From contig OX638159.1 of the NCBI GenBank assembly GCA_951804945.1, positions 51,956,001 to 52,020,000 on the forward strand: a DNA stretch of 64,000 nt, in the 5' to 3' direction. This stretch comes from Podarcis cretensis. Its lineage: Eukaryota. The translations under genes and the position numbers were made by a program. Of this stretch, positions 36,732 through 49,391 are shown piece after piece (positions within the stretch are counted from its first letter, which is position 1; each line of letters starts with the position of its first letter). The notes beneath the pieces are model-generated. The model saw nothing but the letters and a program-made list of their open reading frames with translations. It made no database searches and was not told the origin of the DNA.

Positions 36732-39703
36732 AATACATCATTTTAAGGGCAATTTTAAAGATATATCTAGAATTTTACACTTGAAAATGTTGGAGGCAAC
36801 TTGAAAGAAACACTTCTATATGGAAGAGAACAAACCCAAAGCCTGTCTGTGTTCTATGCCAATTTTCTTTTTTGCAAAGTTCAGCAGTCAAAATGGAACG
36901 GTGGCAATTCACAACTTGCCCTGCATCCTAATTCTGAATTCAGTGCAAAGCTACCTCCCTCCAATGATGCAAAGAGGGAAGTTTTTTGTAGACAGGGAAG
37001 TTGCATATACTTACTGGAACCTCCATGCCTAACAACGGACAGGGTCAATAGTATTTTGCTGGAAAAATCCACCCCCCCCCCCCATTTCCAGAGAGAACTG
37101 CTGACTCAAACTTTGTTTTAAAATGCTAGTTTTTGAAGATGAGCAATTGCAATATTAACTGAGCTCAGACCATCTTCTGTGACTGTGTGCATTTTAAACT
37201 GTTGCAGCTGCACAGCCTAGTGATGGGAACAATCCTCTCTGCCGAATGCAGCTTCTTGAATTAAAAAAAGTTGCATTTTTGACCCTATATATTTTGATTA
37301 GGGGTGGGGGGGAAAGCAATAACAGGCAACAGCTTCTTTGTAGCTCCATCCATTCCATGGGCAAAATATAAAGGGAACAAACCTTTAAACATTGGAGCTT
37401 CTAATTCACATGAAAACTGGTCAATTTGCATTGCTTTGTTTCACCTGTGATGTGCTTTAAAAACAAGGAAATAAAGCAAAAGCCCTGTATCGGTGAAATC
37501 TGCTAAACCCATTAGAAACTTTGAATCTGCATAGAACAGGTGAGATGGCGGCCTCAGCTGCGTGTCTGAGACTTTGACATATGAAAACCTTGGCACATCC
37601 TAGGACGTTTTTAAGATGTGCTATTGCCGATACCATGTTCTGAATTCTGATCAGCGCAACATAGAAGCCATTACTTTTTCCCTGGACCTTCTCAGCAGCA
37701 GAATGGTGTCAGAGAGTGTAAATCATGGCATCTGTAGCAGGGAGCATGCAAGCCCCACTGACATTTTCACAATTTAAATCATCTTGAGTAATAACCCTTT
37801 TAAGATGACTAATGTTACTGATTTTCCTGCATTAATAGTAGTACTGAATAGACCACTGGGGGTGGGGGAGGAATCACTAGTGGACGAGGTCACATTTTAA
37901 AATGCAACGTGTTGGCTCATCTTAACTCTTTATGTTAAAGCTGTCTTTTTGTAAAAAAGAAAGAAAGGAAGAAACAAGGGGTGGGGTGGGAATTAAACAG
38001 AGCAGTTTATATGTCGAAGCACGTGCCTGTATAGGAATATTGTCCCTGCCACCCCCTGCAATCTCAAATGATCATGTAAAACATCTCAATCAATACGTCT
38101 GATTGCTTTCTAGATCTTCCCATGCAACTCAACTAAATATATGCAAGTGATGGAAGAGCGTTTTTACGGTTCTCATTCACTGCTTCAGAAATCGCACACT
38201 GTATGATGATGGAGAATAATTCAATACTCTTTAATGACACATACAGTTATCATTGAATGACATGCAGAAAGCCATGGTAGATTAAAAATATATACTAATA
38301 GCTGATAGTTACAGGAATTTTACAAGGCAAGGAAGCAATCATTCTGCTGTCAGAGCTTTGTGCAGCTCTCTTTTTCCCCTGCACAGATATCTGCATACGT
38401 AGGCGGCAGTTCTAAACAAAAGGCACTATCTACCAGAAAGATGTCACTCTTGAACACCACTCAAATGAACAGGACCTGCTCAACTGTGCAGCTCCTATTC
38501 ATTTCAAAGGGGGGGGGGTGTGTGCAGGAGAACTTTCCGGCAGGCTGTGCCCAAACCTACTTGCAGGAAAGTAGACTCATTCAACATTCACAATACTTTT
38601 TGACCATGGGTGCATTGGAAACATAAGGGAATGTGGTGTCATGGCTCCTCTCTGCTGAGACAGATGGAGGCTGCAGGTCAATGGCTGCTTCCTAGGCTGA
38701 ATCTACAGCTCTAGTGGACCCCAAAGTCTGCCTCATCTGTTGAAGTGAATGGGGAACCCCCACACCCTTTGCACTTTCTGTTTACACAGCGGCTCTGGAT
38801 CAGAAGGATGGATTGAAAGACTGCACCAGGCAATTTTGCAAACAGCGTGTTTGAATTGGTTTTCTTCTTTAATAAGGAAGAGCATATATATCTTTAAATA
38901 AATATTGTTAACTTGGAAACTACACATTCCCATGGAATTGCCTCTGTTCCTGCATTTTCCGGATTAAAATGGGGGAGTTGGTTTTATCCAATTCTGAGTG
39001 TCACAACCAAAAGTTGAGGAGGCAAAAGAAGATACGTTCGTTGGCTGTCAAGCTGTTACAGAATATTCTCCATGTGGAAGCTAAGCAAAAGTTTTGAGTT
39101 ATCTTTTTTTAAAAAAACCTCAAGTGTCTGAAGCTCAGCTGATTCTTGGAGGCACATGAGACTATCAGAAGAGGCTTTCCTGGTATTTACTCTTGGAATT
39201 TGATGGTTGTGGTGTTCTTTGGATGTTTCATTACAGAGGTCTAAGAAGCTCTCTTTACTGACTTGTCTGCTGAGGAACCTCTTGCTTGTGTGCTATTGAA
39301 CCCGTGTGCATTGAAGAAGGTTCTCAGACATATTATAGGGTGTACTAAGTTCACACAGAGCTCTTGAAAGGCCTTTTGAACCTCCCCCCTGCACTGTATG
39401 AACTGAGAGTGTACTCTTGAAAATATCCAACGTCCCCTTGTGGCTATAACACTGGAAGGGAATATTGGTCCTTGCAGACTGCCTGTCTGATAAGAAGCCT
39501 CATCTGCCATTACTAATGTTCTCACTGGGGAACACCTGATAGGCTTCCAAGCAACACTAGGTTTTCCCAGACTGCAAGCTTTAAAACCCCTGGGGTTTTG
39601 TTTTTTTTTAATAGCAAACAATGGGGAACTTCAGACTATGTCTGCAGTACCCACTTATGAGACTGGCAGACTCAGAATATAACAGTTTTGAAAAACAGCC
39701 CTA

Positions 39704-39850
<147 letters not shown>

Positions 39851-39957
39851 CTATAAAGAACAAAAAGAACCATGATATACAAAATTAGTAAGCCGGCACC
39901 AACTATAGTAACATTTGGATTAAAAGAGGATTTCAAATATACACCAAACATATAGAT

Positions 39958-40093
39958 CAGACACAGGCAAACTTGGCCCTCCAAATGTTTTGAGACTACA
40001 ACTCCCATCATCCCTAGTTAACAGGACCAGTGGTCAGGGATGATGGGAGTTGTAGCCCCAAAACATCTGGAGGGCCGAGTTTGCCTATGCCTG
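39958..40093. mobile_element. Palindromic hAT MITE
   Basis: About 60-bp inverted arms; 8-bp TSD at[a/g]tagat. Confidence 0.9.
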
Positions 40094-41846
40094 ATGTAGA
40101 TTGAAGGCCATTATAACTTCGGATTTCCAAGGGAGGTTGCTCTTATGAAGACCAAACTAATAGTTGTGATGTGCAACGATAGCACTTTCCCATGGAAAGA
40201 ATCTGTTAGCATTTCACTCCTCTGTTGCTGGATGTGTGGTTGTTACATCACATGTCAGTGTTTACTTTCTAGGTTGGTGTGCACTGGGACTGATTTGTGA
40301 ACGTTTCATCAGTGCTTCATCAGGAAGACGCCTGGAGAGGTCTGTCTCATTCCGGGGGCTACGTATGCCCCCCAGGCGTGTTTTGACAGAATCAGACCCA
40401 TTTCCTTTTCTGAAATAAAATTAAGCTGGAAGAGCTAGCTAGGCAAAGTGTTCCTGTATAACTAGGCCTCTGGCTGGTTAAAGAATCCACGGCCTTCTGT
40501 GTTCAACTCTTACCCTAAGAGAGAGCATAGCTGCCCATCATTATCTCTTTGAGAGCACTCCACACTTCCCACCTCACTGCTGCAAAGCAAAACCACCATC
40601 AGCAGCATTCCACAACAGAACAGGGTGAATTATCCAATGTTGTCACTGGGGGTGGTGATGTCTGGCTCCAAGTAAGACAGGGCAAGATATTCTGAGCTCT
40701 GTGCAGCACTACATGCTCCTCTTCCAAGCTCATTAGAGCTCTGAATGCACCACACATCCCTCTCTCATGCACGTACCCGCTATACTCTCCTCCTTAAAAA
40801 ACGAAATTAAAGATTGGCTCTGCTCATGCACTGCTGAGGGGAAGTCCCCTTGCTTCTTTTGCAGCACACATTAAGCAGGGCACAGGGATGATTCGGGCTA
40901 ACATGTCGGGAAGCAATATATGCATGATGGTGTCTTCCCTCGACGCACAGAGGGTTCTTTTGACCTATTCTGCAGGCTGACCTTTCTGCCGAGTGGGTCA
41001 ACTGGCTGTGGAGAGAATATCCGTGTAGGGCTCTTAGCAGACGGCGTGATTCAAAGAGCTAGTTATATTCCTACGGCGATCCCGCTCTTAACCCACAATG
41101 AATACCTAGAGTTTCCTAGGCTACTTAAACAAGTGCGACGCCAGGAAGAAAATTTATGCAAACGCTAAAAACGAAACGGAACAGAGCCGAAAGGGACTGT
41201 ACTTCATGAAAGTTGCACCCTCAGGTGTGGGCCTGTGCAACTGACGTTCGGTTTAATCTATGCCGATGCATGTGGGGAATGAGTGGCAAGGAATAAAGAA
41301 ACAGAGCAATTCTCCCCAATGTTCAAAGCACTTGCACATATTTCCCCTCAATAATTCTTACAGCAAGGCTGTAAGGTAGGTCAGCATTTTGATCTCTTTA
41401 TCCCATATAAAGAGCCGAGGAAGAAAGAGAGAAAGAGAGAGAGGACTCTTTGCCTTAGGATATTCAATGAGCGTGTGGCTGAAGGGAGAGCCAAACACAT
41501 TCCAGCTCATTATCTTATCTATCACACAATACTGGAAATTAGTTTGTATCCAACTTATTATCTTTCAAGGAGCTTCTGGTGGTAAACGTTAACTCTCATC
41601 TCCTCTTGTTTTATTTTCAACAACAACCCTGTGGAGTAGTTTAGCCTGAGAAACGGAATGGAGACTTGAACCAGGATCTCCCTACTTTGCCGGTACTACT
41701 ACTACTACTACTACTACTACCACTTCTTCCTCTTCTGCTGCTTAAAATTTGTATACCATCCTATACCCACGGGCCTGAGGGTGGTTACAACATAAAATCT
41801 CAATATAAAAACACAAACACATAACAAAAACAAAAACAACCCAATA

Positions 41847-42072
41847 CAGTGGTACCTCGGGTTACATATGCTTCAGGTTACAGACTCTGCTAACCCAGAA
41901 ATATTACCTCGGGTTAAGAACTTTGCTTCAGGATGAGAACAGAAATCGTGCAGCGGTGGCGCAGCGGCAGCAGGAGGTCCCATTGGCTAAAGTGGTGCTT
42001 CAGGTTAAGAACAGTTTCAGGTTAAGAACAGACCTCCAGAACGTATTAAGTTCTTAACCCGAGGTACCACTG
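41847..42072. mobile_element. Tc1/mariner (Tigger-like) MITE in an L2 3' tail
   Basis: CAGTGGTACCTCGGGTT TIRs with TA TSD. Confidence 0.9.
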
Positions 42073-42395
42073 TAACTCCCTGCTCCCCAACACATTTTTG
42101 AAGGCCGCTGGATGTCCATCTGCCAAAGGCCTGGTGAAAGAGGAACATTTCTGCCAGGTGCCTAAAGGTGCATAATGAAAGACAGCAGGGAATGTGGATA
42201 TGGCCAGACGCAAGCCACATGTGCACAAACATTGGAGACACATTGGGGAGGCTTCACAACATGGGCATCTCAACGGACCACTTGTGTGTCTCCTTGCATG
42301 CATTTTGAAAAATGCAGCAACGGGTTCTGGTGTGCAGGGTGCACCTATGTGGAAGTGTATCCCCACATTTCATCAAGGAAACAGAGGTGCTACAC

Positions 42396-43603
42396 CAGGG
42401 GCCAGCAAACTTTTTCAGCAGGGGGCCGGTCCACTGTCCCTCAGACCTTGTGGGGGGCCGGACTATATGTTGCCATGATTATGATCCACATTTTTGGTAA
42501 AAACCCTTATTGGGACTAACCCCAACATTGCCCAAATGTGATTTTTTTTGGGGGGGGGTGTTCCCCCATACACCCACGCTGCTTCCTTTGCGTTTTACGC
42601 ATTGACAGTTATTATTTTTCTTGTAAGGTGGGGTGGGGGGCTGAGGTAAATGTGCCATTCCTGTCAGCACTGGAAAGCGTGTGCGCATGCGTGGGTGAAG
42701 GGAAAAGCCGTTGGCCATGCTAAGTCAGGCTGGCGCCGCTCAAGCAAAAACGTTCTTTTCCGCGTGTGAGGGAAGACGAGGCAGCAGCGGCTATTTACCT
42801 TTCCATGGCTTACACCGTGTAGCTAACAAGTGGCCTCCCCAGAGAGTGCATAACTGCTTTGGAGTGCAGCTGCCCAGGCGTTCCCCGCTTCCTCTGGTGG
42901 GGAGCACCACCAACACAGACAACGGCGGGTGTCGCTCCTGAGGCACCTTTGAGCCCCTGCCGCAGCAAGGGGTGATATGATAGCCATGTTCAAATATATA
43001 AAAGGATGTCACATAGAGGAGGGAGAAAGGTTGTTTTCTGCTGCTCCAGAGAAGCGGACACAGAGCAATGGTTCCAAACTACAAGAAAGAAGATTCCACC
43101 TAAACATTAGGAAGAACTTCCTGACAGTAAGAGCTGTTCGACAGTGGAATTTGCTGCCAAGGAGTGTGGTGGAGTCTCCTTCTTTGGAGGTCTTTAAGCA
43201 GAGGCTTGACAACCATATGTCAGGAGTGCTCTGATGGTGTTTCCTGCTTGGCAGGGGGTTGGACTCGATGGCCCTTGTGGTCTCTTCCAACTCTATGATT
43301 CTATGATTCTATGAACTCCCCTTCCTGAGATCAGTTGCCTGCAGCTCCATGGTGGAAATCCGAACTCTGGCTCCTTTCCCCTACTCCCCACCCCGGAAGA
43401 AAAGATTGCTGCATACGCACGATGGATGGAGAAGGGGCTTGTCTTGAGCAGCCACCCGCCTCACTTTTGACCCCCAAACCTGGCTGAGTCGCATCGTGCG
43501 TGTGCGCTATGCTGGCTGCCTGGATTCCCAGACCGTCCGTGGGCTGGATCTAGAAGGCAACTGGACCTGATCCGGCCCGTGGGCCTTAGTTTGCTGACCC
43601 ATG
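42396..43603. mobile_element. Non-autonomous hAT element carrying a CR1 fragment
   Basis: TIRs CAGGGGCCAGCAAACT / AGTTTGCTGACCCATG; perfect 8-bp TSD TGCTACAC (42388-42395 and 43604-43611). Confidence 0.9.
42969..43314 (+). mobile_element. CR1 LINE 3' fragment
   Basis: MIAMFKYIKG...FHLNIRKNFLTVRAVRQWNLLPRSVVESPSLEVFKQRLD peptide and (ATTCTATG)n tail. Confidence 0.92.
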
Positions 43604-43758
43604 TGCTACACAGACATAAGAATCTGCCTTATTCGAAGCCGAACCATTGGCTCATCTACTGTAGATTGTCCCCCAGCAGTTCCTCGAGTTGCCAGGATCC
43701 AGCCCATACACAGGCAACTCCTGTGCTGGAGTACTGAGAGACAGCCTTCCCTCTAAAG

Positions 43759-43896
43759 CAGCTTTTCTCAACCTGTTGGTCCCCAGAATTTGTTGAACTA
43801 CAACTCCCATCACCCCTAGCTAGCAAGACCAGAGCTAAGGGATGATGGGAGTTGTAGTCCAACCACATCTGGGGACCCACAGGTTGAGAACCGCTG
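43759..43896. mobile_element. Palindromic hAT-type MITE
   Basis: CAGCTTTTCTCAACCTG...CAGGTTGAGAACCGCTG inverted arms. Confidence 0.8.
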
Positions 43897-44612
43897 CAAA
43901 GCTACATTAGCACTGCTGCAACTTAGTTATCATTGTTTTGACAGACACCACCATCCTATGGCTTGTTTCAGGAATTTGTGCCTAACAGCCAGACCGCAGA
44001 ATTGATTAGGGCTGTCACATTCACAAGCCTTGTGCTGTTACGTTTTATTAGAACTTTAGGTAAAGGGGAGATTTCTGCTGCTTATGACTGATTTAGGAAG
44101 AAGCCTTCATATACTTTGAGACTTCCCCTTCCCCACCCCGTTATGCAAATTTGTTGCAAACCACTTTGAAGATTGGCATAAGAGAGAATATGTAACTAAT
44201 CTCTTTCCTGCTGCCTAGAAAACTGTCCTGCCCATCTATATTTTTGTCTGTAGAGTTTGTTTTGCAAGCTTTTATCCTTACTTGCCCCTTTGACAGCAGA
44301 AAAGCTCTTGGAACGAATGCTGCCAGTTCACAACATTCTACGTAGATTTTTAATTCCAGGGCTGTGGGTTCGAGCCTCACGTTGGGTGAAAGATTCCTTC
44401 ACTCCTTCCAACTCTACAATTCTATGATTTCAAGTTCACTCAATATAAGCTGCAGCACTTTTACCCAACCCTGGTGCCCTTCAGATGTTTTGGATGACAA
44501 TTGCTGGCATCCCTGGTCACTGGTCTTTCTGGCTAAGGCTGATCTGATCAGAGCTGTGCCAGCTTGGGAGAGGCTAACCTGTGGCACATAATTAGAACCA
44601 CTGCCATACATA

Positions 44613-45193
44613 CCATATTTTCCGCTCCATAAGACACACTTTTTTCCTCCTAAAAAGTAAGGGGAAATGTGAGTGCGTCTTATGGAGTGAATGGCGCTGC
44701 GCAGAGAGGGAGAGCTGCGCAGCGCCCCTTCGGCGACATGCCTGTACTGAGAAGCCGGAGGAGGAACACAAGGGACTCCTTCTGCTCCTTCTCTAGCTTT
44801 GCTGAAGGAGCGCTGCACAGTTCTCCCTCTTTGCGCAGCGCCCCTTCAGCGATGCGCCTGTCCTGGAAGCCGGAGGAGGAACAGAAGGGTCTCCTTCTGT
44901 TCCTTCTCCAACTTCACTTGAAGGGGCGCTGTGCAGAGAGGGAGAACTGCACAGTGTCCCTTCAGCGACATGCCTGTCCTGGCTTCTGCCTTAGCTGCAC
45001 GCAGCCTCTTCGGGCAGGGGGAGCCTTCATCCCGCTGCCCGCCCTGAAGTGGCTTGGCGCGGTTATCCCAGAAGCCAGATCCCTCTTGCTGTTCTGGCTT
45101 CTGGGATTCAAAAATATTTTTTTTCTTGTTTTCCTCCCCCCAAAACTAGGTGCGTCTTATCATCTGGTGCGTCCTATAGAGCGAAAAATACGG
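44613..45193. mobile_element. Long member of the CCGTATTTT Tc1/mariner MITE family
   Basis: Same ends as the copies at 2430 and 25084, TA TSD, extra GC-rich internal repeats. Confidence 0.85.
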
Positions 45194-47369
45194 TAATGAT
45201 AATAAATAACGATAATGCAACCGACTCATGTTGCCTAATGCCGGCGCGTGCATAGTTTTGGAACAGCAAACTTAACTGCACAGTATGTCCCTGACAAAAA
45301 AAAAAAGGTTTATAAAATAATAAAATGCAGTTCCCATTGTGTTATCGAAGATCTAGGGAGGAGACATGGAAGCGCAGAAGCCCTCTGAGCTGTCTCTGAG
45401 CACAGACTCTATCAGTGCAGCCATATTATGTGTCCTGAGCTCACGGAGCTTTGACAACAAAACTCCCATGATTTGAGATAGCTGGAAAATAAGCCTGCAA
45501 GGCGGCAGCTGGGACCCAGATCCATAAGTCCCTGCCTCACACAGAATGGTTGTTTAAAAAAGCCCAAGGAAGCATCATGAGAATTGGCCTCTACTTGCAA
45601 ACACCAGGGGAGCCTCAGCATTATGTTTGTAGCGAAGACTTGAACTTGATTAAGTCTGACATCAATTCACTTCTCCAGAAACCCCACCACTATGTGCTAT
45701 CCAAATAGGTGCAGGAGGATACAGTGGAAAAACAGTTTTTCTTGGATGGCTTGTCTACAACCTACGATTTTGAGAATTGTGGGTTTACGCATATCTCATA
45801 TCATAGGAAAACAATGCTCCCTGCAAAAGATTTCAGAAACATGGTCCTGCCAGACTCTCAGATCTTTCAGGGCCAGGTTTAATACCCTGAAATCCCTTAA
45901 ACCAAAAGGGTAAATCTTCAGTTTAAAGTACTCCCCAAGGCTGACTGCCAGAGAGCAAAGCTGCACTAAAATAGGAAAAAGGAGACAATGATAACCAATT
46001 GCAGTATCTGCCCACAGTACTTCACAAGTGCCTTATGTAATCTCCACTATGTAATGATAAGGAAAACTAAAAGGCCGATTAGTTATGGGGTTCAATATTT
46101 TGGCCATCATATTCCTCAGCACTTAACAAGCAATTAATATTTGCCAATGAAAAATGTTTGGGTAATTCAAAGGTGAAAATCAATACTGCTAGCAAACTTG
46201 TTGCACTCTTGGCCACTGACAATTTCTCCAAATAACTACAATCCTTAAGGGAGCCAAATCGCTTTGATGTTTTAATTTATGTGCTTTCCTTGCAGATGCT
46301 AATCCTTTAAAAACAGATTTCCCTCTCCTCGGTGTAATTCAGGGTGCACTTTGCAGGGCTCACTCTTATTTATTCATCAAATAAACAAGTATGTGCATGC
46401 ATCCACGCAAAGCCTTGCATTTGAATCAAAAGCATTTCTATATACTGGGTTTTGGTGGGCAAAGGGCAGCGCATTTCTGAAATAAAACCTGTCCGGGAGG
46501 ATGTATTTAGCAGCAGCTTACAAGACGTATGATTGGCACTTAGCATCTGTGAAAGGTTTGTGTTTATTAATGCAGAAAATAAAAAAAAATCAGTAGCAGC
46601 AGAGAAGAAAATATAGGGAAAACAAACATTTTGCTCTGCCAATTGCTCTACAGTGGGGGGACGGGACCCAAAGTTCCTTATTGTTATTTAGTTATGTTTA
46701 ATCTGAAAGCCTCCCTAACAAAAGGTTCTCTGAGCAACTCTCGGAATAAAAAATAAGTAATAAAAAATATAACAATATGATAAAAACACCGTAAGGTGAG
46801 GGGGGGAAATCGCCTTGAAAGATGACAGAATTAAAAAACCAACAGAGCTAGAATAAAGTTTAAAAGCTACAACATGATTGTAAAAGGCTTGAGACGATAA
46901 AAACGGAATTTGCTTGGCACTGAAAAGATACTAAGGAGAGCACTAGGCGGGCCTTTCTGGAGACGGCATGCTACAACTGGGGTGCCAACACTGAAGAGGC
47001 CATTTGATACCTCATTTGGCAGCTGTACTCTAAGGAGGGCTTAAGAAAAAAAGATGTCAGAGTCTAGGTGGGAAGAGGTGATCCTTCAAGTTGTGACTTC
47101 TATACTGGGAGTCCAAGGTAGGCTAGTGCATTGAGGCAGATAGGGCTCTGCCCCACCAATCTCAGTCTGCCCAGGATGTGTTACTGCCTGTCAGTTTCCT
47201 TCTCCTTTGCCCCTGCAATTTGGCAGGGAGGATGGCGACGAGAATTAGTTGACTCTGCCTGTTGCTAGTGTCAATTTCACCTGCCACCTGTCTCCTGCCT
47301 TCTTAACAGGCACCAGACAGCACCGTCATCAGGTATGGATAATCCATTGCCAAGGCAAATCTTTACTTG

Positions 47370-47437
47370 CATTCTTAGTATTTTGTTGGAAGCTGCCCAG
47401 AGTGACTGGTGAAACCCAGGCAGATGGGTGGGGTATA

Positions 47438-47476
<39 letters not shown>

Positions 47477-47477
47477 T
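47370..47477 (+). mobile_element. L2 extreme 3' tail with (AAT)n
   Basis: ggaagctgcccagagtgactgg...gggtataaat(aat)n matches about 6110-6188. Confidence 0.8.
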
Positions 47478-48313
47478 GCATACCAAGCGCTATGCTGAGT
47501 CAAACCATTGAACTGTCTCACAATGATTTTAAAATAGAGATGTATCATGATATCACATGGGACCCCAGGGCATTTGTGCCACTGAGACAACATATGTAAG
47601 ATGAGATCTGGAATAAATGGCAAAATGTTATGTACAATGAACAATTAGATATAATAATAAGGCTGGGGTGTGAGATTAGGGCACCCTTGGAGCAAAGAAA
47701 TCAGGACTTGACTCCTACAACAGAAATAATTTATGGAATTCGTTGCCGTGAGATGTAATGGTGGCCACTAGCTTAAGAAGGGATTAGACAAATTCTTGGA
47801 GGATAAATCTATCAATGGCTATTGGTCACAATAGCTGTATGGAAGATCCATGTTCGCAGGCAATTTGCCACTGGATACCAGTGGGAGAGGGTTGTCAGAC
47901 ATGTTAGTTGTGCTTTTTGAAAAGCACAGTTAACAAGGGCACTTTTATTTTTAAGGAAAGGCGTGGACTGATCCTGTACTGCGCTCCTGATTATTTGTTT
48001 ATTAACTGGATTTATATGGCACCCAGTAACCCGGTTCTCTGCTGCATTGACAACCCCATAACATGATACACAAGTCTTTAAGGTGCTACAGACTTTCTTT
48101 TGTGGGGTTCATCAAGGCTGCATTTCATCAAGTAGCTCCAATTAACATCTAATAAGATCCAAGTATATGGCAACTGACAAGCAATCTCCACCGCACCAAT
48201 TCCATCAAGCCATTACAGACCTTTCAAAATGAACTGGAAAACCACGCTAACCATTTGCGGACATCAAGGAGATCTGCACAGCTAATGTAATTCCGTGTAT
48301 ACACAGAGCTGTC

Positions 48314-48512
48314 CTGATTTTCCTCTATGGCTACATCCCCATGTGTTGTGTCAGAGAGGCCTCAATATTCATGCATGCATTTGTAGAGCATGTAAAAAAA
48401 CAACAGCGATGAAAGACAACTAAGGAAGGACACAGTAGAGTTTTAGAAAATGCCCAGTAGCCAAAGTGGCACCCCCCATCCCAAAGCTTTGGACTGCAAC
48501 TCCCATAATCCT
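48314..48512 (+). repeat. About 200-bp direct repeat, copy 1
   Basis: ctgattttcctctatggctac...caactcccataatcct; roughly 90% identical to 49182-49391 by eye. Confidence 0.92.
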
Positions 48513-49181
48513 TGTCAGGAGCTTGTCCTACTCTCGAGTAGGACCCTGGCAGAGACACATGCCCGACTGGCATGTTCTCTCCCTCCTGGTCGATCGTTCA
48601 GGAGCTTCAAAAGCTCTCTTCAGCCCGAACATCACAGCGACCGATGCCAACAGACACTGGCACACTCAGGGATCCGCAGAGTCTTCACAGCTTGCGTAAC
48701 AGACCTCAGCAACTCAGCATTTTGACTAATCTACTTTATTTACATATACAGTGGTACTTCGGGTTACACATGCTTCAGGTTACAGACTCCACTAACCCAG
48801 AAATAGTACCTCGGGTTAAGAGCTTTGCTTCAGGATGAGAACAGAAATCATGCTCTGGTGGCGCGGCAGCAGCGGGAGGCCCCATTAGCTAAAGCAGTGC
48901 TTCAGGTTAAGAACAGTTTCAGGTTAAGAACGGACCTCTGGAACGAATTAAGTTCTTAACACGAGGTACCACTGTAACCACACACAGAACACTGCAACAT
49001 GGCTCCCTCTCTCTCTAGCATCAGACAGCAAAGAGAAAAAGAACAAAGGACAATAGTCCCACTTCACGGAACACAGTAACACAAACATCCTGTCTCCGTC
49101 ACTTCCCACTCTGTGGAGTCAAAACATACACCGTCATGTGATAGACAACAATCCCATGACTGCAATCATGCAGCAGGAATT
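48513..49181 (-). mobile_element. LTR-like element containing a MITE
   Basis: Begins TGTCAGG; minus-strand AATAAA at 48735-48740; the other end lacks a terminal CA. Confidence 0.55.
48749..48974. mobile_element. Tc1/mariner (Tigger-like) MITE
   Basis: CAGTGGTAC...GTACCACTG TIRs with TA TSD. Confidence 0.9.
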
Positions 49182-49391
49182 CTGATTTTCCTCTATGGCT
49201 ACAACTCCATGTGTTGTGTCAGAGAGGCCCCAATAGTCATGCATGCATTTGTAGAGCATGTAAAAAAACACACAATGAAAGACAACTAAGAAGGGATACA
49301 GTAGAGTTTTAGAAAATGCACAGTGCAGAGCCCAGCAGCCAAAGTGGAACCCCCCCACCCCGAAGCTTCGGATTGCAACTCCCATAATCCT
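49182..49391 (+). repeat. About 200-bp direct repeat, copy 2
   Basis: Copy of 48314-48512; continues into the rest of a palindromic MITE. Confidence 0.92.
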
